From Octopus vulgaris (Eukaryota), in assembly GCA_951406725.2 (NCBI GenBank), contig OX597829.1:58342001-58406000 (forward strand): DNA of 64,000 nt, written 5' to 3'. Positions 40,170-52,381 of the stretch are shown here, piece by piece. A program made the position numbers and the translations under genes. Under the pieces are notes generated by a model. The model had not been told where the DNA came from, searched no databases, and saw nothing but the letters and a program-made list of their open reading frames with translations. Each line of letters begins with the position of its first letter. The stretch's first letter is position 1.

Positions 40170-42776
40170 TCATCATCATCATCATCATTTAGCGTCCGCT
40201 TTCCATGCTAGCATGGGTTCAACTGGGGTCTGGGAAGCCAGGAGGCTGCATCAGGCCGAGTCTGATCTGGCAATGTTTCTACGGCTGGATGCCCTTCCAA
40301 ACGCCAACCACTCCATGAGTGTAGTGGGTGCTTTTTACTTGCCACCGGCACAGATGCCAGACGAGGCTGGCAAACGGCCATGATTGGATGGTACTTTTTA
40401 CGTGCTACCGGCACGAGGCCAGTCGGGGCGGCGCTGGCAACGACCACGTTTGGATGGTTCTCTTATGTGCCACCGGCACTGGTATCACAACTGCAATTTC
40501 CATTGATTTTTGATCGATTTCGATTCTCACTTGCCTCAACAGGTCTTCACAATTAGAGTTTTGTGTCCCCAGAAGGAAAGGTATGCATAAGTGGACTGGC
40601 ACAACCCGGGTTATGGTCTCACTTGTCCTGCCGGGTTTTCTCACGCACAGCACACTTCCAAAGGTCTCGGTCTCTAGTCATTTCCTCAGTGAGACCTAAA
40701 GTTCGAAGGTCGTGCTTCACCACCTCATCCCAGGTTTTCCTGGGTCTACCTCTACCACAGGTTCCCTCAACTGCCAGGGTGTGGCACTTTTTCACACAAT
40801 TATCTTCATCCATTCTCACCATGTGTCCATACCAGCATAGACGTCTCTCTCTTGCACACCACAACTGATGCTTCTTAGGTCCAGCTTTTCTCTCAAGGTA
40901 CTTACACTCTGTCGGGTATGAACACTGACATTACACATCCATTGGAGCGTACTGGCTTCATTTCTTGCAAGCTTATGCATATCCTCAGCAGTCATGGCCC
41001 ATGTTTCACTGCCATGTAGCATGGCTGTTCATACACATGCATCATACAGTCTGCCTTTTACTCTGAGCGAGAGGCCTTTTGTCACCAGCAGAGGTAAGAG
41101 CTCTCTGAACTTTGCCCAAGCTATTCTTACTCTAGCAGTTACACTTTCAGCACACCCACCCCTGCTACTGACTTGGTCACCTAGGTAACAGAAGCTATCA
41201 ACTATTTCTAGTTTTTCTCCCTGGAATGTGGCAGAAGTTGGTCTCAGAGCATTTTCAGTGTTTATTGCTCCTGAGCATCTGCCACATACAAAAACTATCT
41301 TCCTAGTTAGCCTTCCTTTGACATTGCTGCACCTCTTATGTGTCCATAGCTTACACTTGGTGCATCTTATAGAGTTTCTACCTACACCTTTTCTACAGAT
41401 CGAGCAGGGCCATCTACCTGAAGGCGTTTGTGATTTGTCTACCTTCCTACTTATTAGGACTTTGGTTTTAGCTAGGTTGACTCTAAGGCCCTTCGATTCT
41501 AATCCTTGCTTCCACACCTGAAACTTCTCCTCCAGTTCTGAAAGTGACTCAGCAGTTAGAGCAAGGTCATCAGCATAGAGGAGCTCCCAGGGGCAACCTG
41601 TCTTGAATTCCTCCATTATTGCCAGGAGGACTATGATAAATAGGAGGGGACTGAGGACTGAGCCTTGGTAGACCCCTACCTCTACCCGGAATTCTTCACT
41701 GTACTCATTGCCAACCCTCACCTTACTAACAGCGTCCCTGTACATGGCTCGCACAGCTCTCACTAACAATTCATCTATCCCTAGTTTCCTCATTGACCAC
41801 CAGATAAGGGATCGGGGGACCCTGTCGAAGGCTTTCTCCATGTCAACAAAAGCCAGGTACAGGGGCTTATCTTTGGCTAGGTATTTCTCCTGCAGCTGCC
41901 TTACCAGGAGTATAGCATCAGTGGTACTTTTCTCTGGCACAAACCCAAACTGCATCTCATCTAAACTAACTCTCTCTCTAATTAGTTGGGCTATGACCCT
42001 CTCCGTAACCTTCATTACCTGATCCAACAGCTTGATACCTCTGTAATTATTTGTATCTAGGGCGTCACCTTTACCTTTGTAGCAGTTGACTATTATACTG
42101 CTACACCAGTCATTGGGTATGACTCCTTCATGTATCACCTGATTAACTATACAGGTGACTAGGCTATAGCCAACACTACCAGATATTTTGAGAATCTCTG
42201 CAGTGATTCCTGATGGGCCTGGGGCCTTCCCTGTCTTCATGCTTCTAATTGCCTTAACTACCAAGGAACTATCAACTCGGATAGCTGGTCCCTCTGTTGG
42301 GTCGACATTCGGCAGACTCTCTTTATCCCATTCATTTTCCTTATTCAGCAGCCTTTCATAATGGTGTCTCCAAACCTCTCTCTTTGCATCCTCATTTAGC
42401 GCAAGTGAACCATCATCCATGCAAACACACTTCTCTCCTACCACATCACGATTCTCTCTCACACACTGTCTTGCAACACGAAACACCTCAAGTCTTTGTT
42501 CCTCACGGCGCAGAACATTGGCAAATGTTTTCTTATCTTCTTCCCCTCTGACTAAATAGACCTGTTTCCTAGCTTCCCCTTTGGCAGTCTGATACAATTC
42601 CCTGCTACCACCGTTCTTCCAGTCCTTCCAAGCCTGTTTCTTTTCTCTAATAGCCCTGTCTACAACATTGTTCCACCACCACGTTATTTTGGGTCGAGAG
42701 GGGACTTTGCACCAGCCACAGATTTGGTCAGTGGCTTTCAGCAGGTTGTCCCTTAGAAATGTCCAGTTGTCTTCTA
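40170..42776 (-). mobile_element. RTE LINE, 5'-truncated
   Basis: Contains ORF 41029..42597 and its disrupted continuation (LHGSETW, WYGHMVRM, GRGRPRKTW), 3'UTR tandem units and (gat)n tail. Confidence 0.95.
41029..42597 (-). CDS. RTE reverse transcriptase with inserted PHD-like finger (premature stop; probably pseudogenic)
   Basis: KAPGPSG, NYRGIKLL, QFGF, FVDMEKAFD, GVYQGSVLSP, YADD, C-x2-C...C-x2-C-x4-H-x2-C...C-x2-C, FCYLG. Confidence 0.85.
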   Translation of the reverse strand: MYQTAKGEARKQVYLVRGEEDKKTFANVLRREEQRLEVFRVARQCVRENRDVVGEKCVCMDDGSLALNEDAKREVWRHHYERLLNKENEWDKESLPNVDPTEGPAIRVDSSLVVKAIRSMKTGKAPGPSGITAEILKISGSVGYSLVTCIVNQVIHEGVIPNDWCSSIIVNCYKGKGDALDTNNYRGIKLLDQVMKVTERVIAQLIRERVSLDEMQFGFVPEKSTTDAILLVRQLQEKYLAKDKPLYLAFVDMEKAFDRVPRSLIWWSMRKLGIDELLVRAVRAMYRDAVSKVRVGNEYSEEFRVEVGVYQGSVLSPLLFIIVLLAIMEEFKTGCPWELLYADDLALTAESLSELEEKFQVWKQGLESKGLRVNLAKTKVLISRKVDKSQTPSGRWPCSICRKGVGRNSIRCTKCKLWTHKRCSNVKGRLTRKIVFVCGRCSGAINTENALRPTSATFQGEKLEIVDSFCYLGDQVSSRGGCAESVTARVRIAWAKFRELLPLLVTKGLSLRVKGRLYDACV

Positions 42777-42793
42777 ATGTATATATATATATA

Positions 42794-43100
42794 GTGGTTA
42801 GAGCGTCAAGCTTATTATCATGAGGTTGTGAGTTTGAATCCCGGACCAGGTTGATTGTGTTGTGTTCTTGAGCAAGACACTTTATTTAATGTTGCTCCAG
42901 TTCACTCAGCTGTAGAAATGAATTGTGACATCACTGGTGCCAAGCTGTATCAGCCCCTTTGCCTTTCCCTTGGATAACATTGGTAGCATGGAGAAGGGAA
43001 GCTGGTATGCATGAGTGACTGCTGGCGTTCCATAAACAACCTTTCCCAGACTTGTACCTCGGAAGAGAACTTTCTAGGTCATTTGTGACCGAAGGGGGTG
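42794..43100 (+). mobile_element. SINE family C (tRNA-derived)
   Basis: gtggttagagcg (A box), gagtttgaatccc (B box), gttcttgagcaagacacttt; also at 53460-53625 (-) and 48365-48450 (+). Confidence 0.75.
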
Positions 43101-43101
43101 T

Positions 43102-43150
<49 letters not shown>

Positions 43151-43172
43151 TATGGCAAACTCTCTGGATATG

Positions 43173-43208
<36 letters not shown>

Positions 43209-44326
43209 TTATTTATATTTCCTGAGCGTCATACTAATACAATTGTTTGTTTGTTTCCCACCTGCCTTCATCTTTTGTCTATTTTCATAAAGCTTCCCGT
43301 TATATATATACATACATACATAGACTGTATCTGAAAAGTTTGCTGTAAACAATTTTGTTACACAAAAAAATATTGTCAAATGAATAAAGAAACTTTAAAT
43401 GCTTTATCCCTTCTTAGTGGTTGAAACAATTCATCTTTGTCTTGTGGCAAAATTTCCTTTGCAACAAACTTTTCTAAGGCCAAAAATCCTGAAGTGGATT
43501 TTCCTGTGGCAGAAATGTTTGTGGTAAATTTTCCTAGAATCAGGCCTATCATTGTTATTCTCCTGAATTATTTTGTTTGCCTGCAGTGAACAAATAGGAT
43601 ATTAGAAGGACAGGCCTATTATTGTTATTTTCCTGAATTATTTTTTGCTTCTGTCAGTTAGTTTTCATGTAATGAACAAATATGGTAGTTGAGAGATAAG
43701 CCTATTATTCTTTTCTACTCTAATCACAAGGCCTGAAATTTTTTGGGGAGGGGCCAGTTGATTAGATTGACCCCAGTATGCAACTGGTACTTAATTTATT
43801 GATGGAAGTCGACCTTGACAGAAGATAGGCCTATTATTGTTATTCTCCTGAACATTTTTGTAATTCTATCCGTTAGTTTTCCTGTAATGAACAAATATGG
43901 TAGTTGAAAGGAAATAGGCCTATTATTGTTTTTCTGTGATTCTGTCCATTAGGTTGTCTGCAATCATTACACTTGGGCTGTATATGCAACTATTTAATTT
44001 TTTGCTGGAGAGTAAAGTTAGACACAGGGTCCTAGGACTGAGGGGGATTAATGAAGGTAATGTTATCTACAGAGTCAGTTTTTTTCTGTTTTTGCCTTTC
44101 AAATATCTATGTACAGACTTTGCAGAGGCTTACTGGCTTGTAAGGTGATTCACTTTGGATAAGGCTATCTCAATGCAAAACCTACAGCTTGCTGCTCACC
44201 ATAGCAACCTTAGCTTGCTGAACAGGTAGGGATCCATGTGTAAGGGATGGAATCATATTGCTCAGATTCACTCTTACATTAAACCCCTAGTATGGACAAG
44301 CAAGAATAAAATCCTTGGATGGATGT

Positions 44327-44654
44327 TAGGCATACGTCATTCACATAAGTTGGAATTTGTCTGTTTTGATAGGGATTTTAAACTTTTTTTTCATGGTGTC
44401 CTTGGAAATGATGGAAAATTTTTTGATAAATGATGAATTTTTATCTCCCCCATTCCCACTCCACTTTCAGACCGATTTTGGTAAATTTTGTGGGCATTAT
44501 GCACTTAAAAATGAGGCGAGAAACCTCTACATTAAAGAAAAAGAAAGAAGTTTTTGCTAAATAGATATCCCCCTCATAACTTCAAAGGAAACCATGAAAA
44601 TAAAATCCCCATCAAAACTGAGAAATTCCAATTTAAGTGGGTGACCTATCCCTG
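44327..44654. mobile_element. MITE with ~85-bp imperfect TIRs and 4-bp TSD ATGT
   Basis: Left taggcatacgtcattcacataagttggaattt..., right ...aaattccaatttaagtgggtgacctatccctg; ATGT at 44323-44326 and 44655-44658. Confidence 0.7.
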
Positions 44655-45019
44655 ATGTCTGCCAAGCCCTACAGATCACGACCATAACTCCACATGTAAG
44701 GATGCTGTTATTCTTTGTGATCTTTCAATATAAAGATCTGCATATTATAATCTGAACAAGGATGAAACAGTATCAGTTTAAGAGTTGAAATACGTCTTTA
44801 ATACACTCCATCCATCAAAAATTAGTTTGAAAGTAATTATTGCTCATTAGCTACAATTAATAAATATTTGTAGATTGTAGATAACAGAATGAAAATTAAA
44901 TAAGGATGCATTTGTGCGTGTGTGTGTTTTTTTATGGGTTCAAATAGTGGAACTGGTCCAAAATTGTGTGTGTGTGTGTGTTTATGTGCATGTGTTTATG
45001 TGTGTGTGTGTCTGTGTGT

Positions 45020-45073
<54 letters not shown>

Positions 45074-45194
45074 AGTAAAATAAATAATAGGTAGGGCAAT
45101 TTTTTTGCCTTAAAAATTTCTTGGTTTTAATCTTATTTTTAAACTTTAATTGACAGATTTTAACCTTAGTTTATTCTTATTTTTATTAATAAAT

Positions 45195-45800
45195 CCATGG
45201 GGCTGTGGCTGCAGACTTGTGAAGACTTGAAAGAAATGAAGCTAGTATGCTGTGCCGGATGTGCAAGAGAGAAGACTGTGCTGGTATGGTCATGTGATGT
45301 GTATGGATGGGGACAGATGTGTAAAGAAGTGCCGATCTCTAACTTTGGAGGGAACCTGTGGAAGCAGTCGACCCAGGAAGACATGGGATGAGGTGGTGAA
45401 ATATGGCCTTTGGATGTTATGTCTTGTGGAGATGATGACAAGTGACCAAAACTGTTGGTGATTTACTGTGCTTGAGGAAACACATCAAGCCAAATGAAGT
45501 TGTAGTTGTGGCTAGTGCTGGTACAAAGATACCCATGTCAGTGACACATAAAAGGCACTTGTGCTGGTGGCACATTAAAGGCACCCATGCTGGTGACATG
45601 CTAAAGGTATGCTTTGTGGAGTGGTTGGCATTAGGAAGGGCTTCCAGCCATAGAAACCATGCCAAAACGGATTTTTGCTTGGTGCTGCTCTCCATCTTAC
45701 CAATCCCATTCAAACCATCTAACCTATACTGCCATAGAAAATGGACGCTAAATGATGATGATAATGATGATGATGGTCATGATGATAATGGTGACAACTA
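45195..45800 (+). mobile_element. RTE LINE 3' fragment
   Basis: QERRLCWYGHV...RPRKTWDEVVK, 3'UTR and (gat)n tail. Confidence 0.8.
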
Positions 45801-45849
45801 ACATTAGGGAGTTTGCTCTAGTTTTGATTACTTTATGACATATAAGAAT

Positions 45850-47000
45850 TATCAATACAATTTAAAAAGATCAATATTGTGGAAATTTATTATATGATAT
45901 AATGTTTTGTATTTGTAGGTAAAAAATTCCTGTCCTTTGCAAAGATTTTTTTCAGCATCCAAAAAGCTCTGTTCTTCCAGAGCCGATGTTGCTTGGTATT
46001 GCCTCAGATCTGCATATTCCACAGGTGAAACGTTGGAGCTCAGATGGACACTCAAATTGATTTTGTCTTTATTGAGTCTAAAGTCAAAGTAATTCCTGAT
46101 GCACGTAAATCTTTGTTGAATTTCAATTCTTTGAGGCTTTTGTAAGATTTGTAGATGATGAAGGCTGTTGAATCAGCTTTCAAAATTAACTATTTCAACT
46201 GCAGATTGTTTAAACAGATTTGGGTAAGGTTAGTCCTGATCTCAAGATTTCGCACAACTTCTTTCACTCTCCACACCAAAGCATCGTCGTCCCAAATCCT
46301 CTCAACAAATTTTTGTAACTTCTGCAAGATCCTCAGCAAAGTAATTTCAGGCATCAACCAGCTATCCCCACCTGGTCACAATTGGCTGAGTGGGGGTATC
46401 TGATTGTTTTGAATTGCTCTCAATGGTGTTTGCTTTTTAGAGTAGCAGCCTTGGGGGTGGTAACCAGACAATCGATTGGAGGATAGAAAACCTTTATTTG
46501 TAGAGCATAATTATGCAGCAGATGAGAGAAGCAGGTTACATAGAAGAGCTTGAGGTACATAACTTACAATGTTTCTCTAGCTGCTATCATATACTGAGCA
46601 GCGTCAGACAGTAAAAGGAGAAAATCTTCAAACTTCTTAGCAATTCATGTTTGATCTGTGTGATGATTGTGGCAATTAGGACTGATTCAAGTGGCAGACA
46701 TTCTATTAAAAGCGTTTTTTAAGAATTTTTAACTGAACCAATAAGTACATCAACAATTTTTTTGTTATTGATCTCATTTTCCTTCAAAATTAAAAATATG
46801 TTTTGATCAGCCAGGCAGCTCTTGCAATTTTCAGACGTGCTTGCACTAAGCATATCAACATATTTTCGTCATGTAGATTGAGATGGCTGTGGCTTATTGA
46901 TAGAATCAAGGGACTTCTCAGACTTGGATTCGTAAGCTCAAATAAGGCAATAATGAAAAAATCTTCACAATCAACTTCAAAAAGATTCAACAATGCTACA
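45850..47000 (-). pseudogene. hAT-superfamily transposase relic (DUF659/CGGBP-related type)
   Basis: Minus strand: LLLSDAAQYM, VTCFSHLLHN, PPQPIVTRWG, ATSA..E.SF..LK; inverted subterminal ggcaatttttt-gcc motifs at ~45094 and ~47771. Confidence 0.7.
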
Positions 47001-48056
47001 GTGAAAGGAAATGATTCAATTTAATTATCCTCAGATAAAAATTTACATAATAGTTAACAACAAATTTAAATGATACATAAAAACTATATACTGAAAAATG
47101 ATTGATAAACACCCAGAATACTGTACACAGTAAGGAAAAGTACTTACTTTTGATGGTAAATTTAAAATTCCTAAATAACAGGCACAAAACTGTAAGTAGA
47201 TACACTCACTGTTGGATGGTAATAAATATTCATATTCTGAAAGAGACCCGTTTCATGTATTGGGAAAAGAAGAAGCAAATAATCAACGTTAGCAGTTGGT
47301 ATTGATTACCAATAGCTGATAATGGTAACTGTACCTTGAAGTTGGAAATTTATTTTATAGAAAATCTATACAGTCTTGCTAGACTTTTGTTTCTGTTATA
47401 ATGATTGGATGCACATGGGGTCAAATAATTTTCAACATTGAAGGGTAGGATAAGCCATAGGATAAGCCATAGGAGTGTTAAAAATAGGTCTTAAGTGGCA
47501 CTTCAATACAACAAAAAACTGCTAAAAAACCAGAATATACAAAAAATTTAGGTTTAATCAATTCATAAAAATATACGTCAATGAATTTATTTATTCTTTT
47601 CAGTATCTAATAAAATAGATTTTCAATTTTTTAAAACCTATTTTAACTTTATTGCATAATTTTAACTTTATTAATTTAAAAAGTGAATAATTAGGATCAT
47701 TAATCATAAAAAAAAGTTTTTATCTTCGATTTTAAGCTTGAAACCAACGTTTTTATAAATTTTAAATTTTGGCAAAAAATTGCCTTAAATAATCAGCTTT
47801 TAGTGTAATATTTTGGGATGGTTATACTTTTTTGCCATATAAACACATGCACTGTAAACTCATTCTTCACTTCAGATTTATTATTGTTCTTATTTTACTG
47901 TCCTTTGTCTGAAGTCTTCTGTCACACATCCTGCGACCTCTTTAGTGGCTCTCCATCCCATGTGTATCTCCCTATTCTGTTTAGTCCATTCAGTCTTTCT
48001 ATGGTGTGTATCCTTATTTGCACATCAGGATTCGACTGCATAGGGTCTCCTTGATT

Positions 48057-48358
48057 GAGTTGAAAAAACAGTCATAACAAGTGATGATTCATGGGTCTAT
48101 GGCTATGATTGTTAAACTAAGGCTCAGTCTTTGCAGTTGAAGACCTCAACAAGATTTTAAGACATTGAGGAAATTCAAGAGAATGTGATAAGGTAGCTGC
48201 CCTCTATTTCAAAAAGAGAGTTCCAGGAATGCTTCCATCCAAGATAAAGTGTGACTCCAGAAAGGGACAACTTCAAAGGAGATTGTATTCCAAAGTGATA
48301 TGTATTGTAGTTTTCTTTTTATAACACCAATCCCAATACTATTTGGTCAGGCTTTGTG
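48057..48358 (+). mobile_element. mariner fragment
   Basis: VITSDDSWVYGYD..TKAQS, RF.DIEEIQEN, FQECF; TIR-like end cccaatactatttggtcagg. Confidence 0.6.
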
Positions 48359-48597
48359 TGTGTGAAGGCACATGGCTTAGTGGTTAGTGTAATCGGCTCA
48401 TGATTGTAAGGTCGTGAGTTCAATTCCTGGTGACACACTGTGTCCTTGAGTAGTTCAAAGTTCATCAAATCCATTGTGAGGTAGTTGAAGAATAGAGGAT
48501 GGTTGAATCTGAAGTCTCGTAGTTAGTTATTAGCATAACTTCCAGATTTTCTTGTACTGTTGGTTTGTTCTTTGAGACCATAACCTTGTGGCCTAAT

Positions 48598-49168
48598 CCA
48601 GGAGCGTAACCAGCCCACTTATGCGTACCTTTCCTTCATTGGACACTAAACTCTGCTTGCAAAGACCTGTTGAGGCAAGTGAAAACGAAATCGAAATCAA
48701 ATTTGACGACTGGCATCTGTGCTAGTGGAATGCTAAGAGCACCATACGAGTGTGATTGTTGCCAGAGCAGCTGACTGGCTTCCATGCCAGTGGCACATAA
48801 AAAGAACCATTCGAGTGTGATCATTACCAGCGCCTCTTTACTGGCACTTGTGCCGGTGGCACGTGAAAATAAATTCGAGGAGGTCGTTGCCAGTGCTACT
48901 GGACTGGCTCCTGTGCAGGTGGCACATAAAAAGCACCATTTGAGCATGGTCGTTACCAGTACTGCCTGACTGGCCCATGTGCTGGTGGCACGTAAAAGCA
49001 ACCATTACACTCTCAGAGTGGTTGGCGTTAGGAAGGGCATCCAGCTGTAGAAACTCTACCAGATCAGATTGGAGCCTGGTGCAGCCATCTGGTTCGCCAG
49101 CCCTCAGTCAAATTACCCAACCCATGCTAGCATGGAAAGCGGATGTTAAATGATGATGATGATGATGG
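48598..49168 (+). mobile_element. RTE LINE 3'UTR with ~5 hairpin tandem units
   Basis: gacctgttgaggcaagtga..., repeated gtgc.ggtggcac.t.aaaa, tail gttggcgttaggaagggcatcc...(gat)n. Confidence 0.85.
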
Positions 49169-49562
49169 TTACACATGCGATTGTCCTTAGCTGACCTTTA
49201 AGATTCAGCTTATACATACATTCATGTACATGCTAATGCTTGGACACACAGACACATACATATATATTTACATACACATACATATATAAATATACACAAT
49301 TATATATATATGTGTATATCTATCTATCTATCTACACACACACACACACACACATATATATACATATATATATATGTGTGTTTGTGTGTATGTGTGTGTG
49401 TGTATATATGTATATATATACACACACACATATATATACTTATATACACACATGCACACATGTATGGATATGTATGTGCATTCACATACTTACACATATA
49501 CAAGTATACGTACATACATACACATGCATGCATATACATACACAGATGCATGTATGTATACA

Positions 49563-49595
<33 letters not shown>

Positions 49596-50044
49596 GTAGA
49601 TACATACATTCATGCATACTAAACATGTGGACAGGTGTACATGTGTATATACAGAAAAACAACTTGACACACGTATACATGTATAGGGAGAAGGGGAGAG
49701 GGAGGGAGTTCACTGAATTATTATTATTATTATTATTTCCCTGTGTTGAATCTGGAAATGCAAATTTGGTACAGTAGCAACATCTTGGTATTTTCTTTGC
49801 ATGCTTGTTTACCAAGTTTTCCTCACTTCGCAGACTGCGCAAGGCTTATGCCAGATAATATATTATATGGATGTACACTTTTTTTATTATTGACCATTCT
49901 ATTTCATATTTCATTTTACCCTCTTTTAATTTCCATCTTAGGTCTGCTAGCGATGTTGTGTGTCACCAGCTTATCTTTAGGAATGAGGAGATATGGTTGC
50001 GATAACGAACGTTAAATTGGTTTTCGGAGGCTCCTATGTATGTG

Positions 50045-51780
50045 TAGAACTCAACTACCATTCTTGGACATTCTAATCAGCAAAACAGACAAAAACATTG
50101 AAACAGACATTCATTACAAACCAACAGACTCTAAATAATACTTGCTGTTCTCCTTAAGCCATACCAAACATACGAAGACTAATATTCCTTTTAACCTAGC
50201 AAAAAAGATCTGCAAGAAGTTGTTTCAAATGTTAAAACTCATAATAAAAGACTCCACGAATTAAACAAATGCTACCCGAAAGAAAATATCTGTCAATGTT
50301 AATTGGGAATGGGCTAGAGCTTGCCAAGATATAGATATTCAAGAATTGTGAAAAAAAAGAACAAACATTTCATATACACCCAATATTCTAGCCTTTATTA
50401 CAACACACATCCCCCAAAACACAGAGGTCTACAACATTATAGAGTAGAACAAACCCTGCCCCAACAGCCAAAATGTCTGGCCACCCTATTTGTGAGACTT
50501 GCATCAAACTCATTGAAGACAATAAATATAAATTTAAATCAGGATAGATTTTTACCATAAAAAAATTATTTTACCTGTTTGTCAAAAAATGTAATACATG
50601 CCGTTAAATATAAAAGATGTAATGAGGATTACATGGGTCAAATACAAACTCATTCTCAGAAATAGACTTACTATTCATAGACAACAAATATGAGAACCGA
50701 ATACTAGGCAAACATCACTTAGTGGATGCATAGATATATGTGCAAATAATTAATCTTTCAAGTTCCAAGTCTTCCCACTTTGTCTTTGTTCAGTCAATAT
50801 CACAAATCAAGCATAAATAAACAAAGAAAATATATTCATAGAAAAGTACAAACCAAAACTGAATAACTTTTTAACAAAGTGCATTCTCCGACAACTATTC
50901 ACACACAAACTCATGTTTGTTGAATCTATACAGCTAACAACAAACTAAACTTTGGACACAACCATGACTGCTAACTGGCAGATTATACCTGTACATAAGT
51001 GTTAAATGATTAGAAAAAAGACATTTAATAGCTAAATTTGATACATGCATACATAATTTGATACATGCATACTTACGTTGTGGTGCACCTGAGCACTGAA
51101 TACAATTAATTTCATTATTATTTTTTATTATATTATAAACACAAATCGTAACTATTCAACCACTAGACTACATAGAAACAACCCCTGTCCACTCTACCAC
51201 TCAACAGATTATATTTAGAGAATCTTATTTTCCAACTATCAGGAGACATGTTCATTCAACCGTGCTGGCCTTGATTTTTCCATGCAAAAAATATAACCAT
51301 ATGGGGAAAGTACAAAAATTTCTAAGATTTTCCTCTTCTATATTTGACAGATTAAATTCAGATAGCCTTGACTGCTAGGGACTGCCATTAGGCTTGTTCA
51401 CTTAATCATGACAGCTTTAACTAATGACACCAAACATATTGTCATATGATATTTAAGAATGGATATAGCACAGAACCTACAAAAGTTTCTAACCCTAATC
51501 ACGTGATCATCCTTGACCAATCAAAACATATCCAAAACAGATACTAATTTGAGCCATGTTCTCTCTATAAAAACAAGACAATTTTTGAATCACAATCAGA
51601 AGCATAGCTCCATGTCTTTCTATCTCAACTTTTGAAAATCAGGGAAATTTGAGAAACTAGTTAACCTTTAAAAACTTTTAGATATAAAATATAAGTGAAT
51701 TCCAGTGCATTTTCAACTTGTTGAGCACAACCAACTGATGAATGGAAACAGTTTTTTGTGATGTTTTTGCAGCTTTTATA
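50045..51780 (+). mobile_element. Penelope-like element (RT C-terminus + GIY-YIG + 3' region), degenerate
   Basis: LPFLDILI, IHYKPTDS, NIPFNLA, NVIHAV...YMGQ, RLTIHRQQI; hammerhead relic ctgatgaatggaaac at 51735-51749. Confidence 0.75.
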
Positions 51781-51793
51781 AAAAAAGTATATA

Positions 51794-52333
51794 CATCATC
51801 ATTTAACATCCATTTTTCATGCATGCATGGGTGGGACAGTCCACAGGAGCTGGCCAGGTAGAAAAACTACCTTAGGCTGCTCTGTTTTGGCAGGGATTTT
51901 AAGGCTGATGCACTCCTAACACCAACCCCTTTGCAGATTGGACTCAGTGCTTTCTACGTGGCACTAGCACAGGTGAGGTCAGTTTTGGTATGATTTTTAC
52001 TGCTGGATGTCTTTCCAAATGTCAACCATGTTACAGTGTGGACTGGATGCTTTTTACATTGCTCCAGCACTGGTGGGGTCACCAAGTAACTTGCAAGACA
52101 AGGAATTATGAGAGGGCCAGGGGGGGCATTTGAGGAGAGGAACTCATGTCAGAGGATGAAAGGTTAGAGTGTGACAGAGAGACAGAGCAGCAGAAACAAA
52201 TGTCTTGCTACAACAGAGGGGTTTTTGAAGGAGTTGATCCTGTATCAATTGATGAAAGGTTAGAGTGTGACAGAAAAGTAAGGAGGCAGAAACAGGTGTC
52301 TTGCTATAGAGCAGGTACATGGTTACCTAACGA

Positions 52334-52381
<48 letters not shown>

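Larger units (their letters stand above)
37404..43541 (+). mobile_element. Mutator-like element (MULE) with ~200-bp TIRs, hosting nested retroelements
   Basis: Imperfect long TIRs (~37404-37612 / ~43340-43541); 9-bp TSD-like agacctatt / aggcctatc; FLYWCH-like C...GEHCHP and DDE motif DGTFK..P..YQLFTLH at ~37700-38200. Confidence 0.75.
36280..43962. repeat. ~85-bp tandem minisatellite split by insertions (units at 36280-36446, 37348-37403, 43542-43962)
   Basis: Unit ttctgtccattagtttgcctgcagtgaacaaata..gtagttga.agataggcctattattgttattctcctgaatta. Confidence 0.8.
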
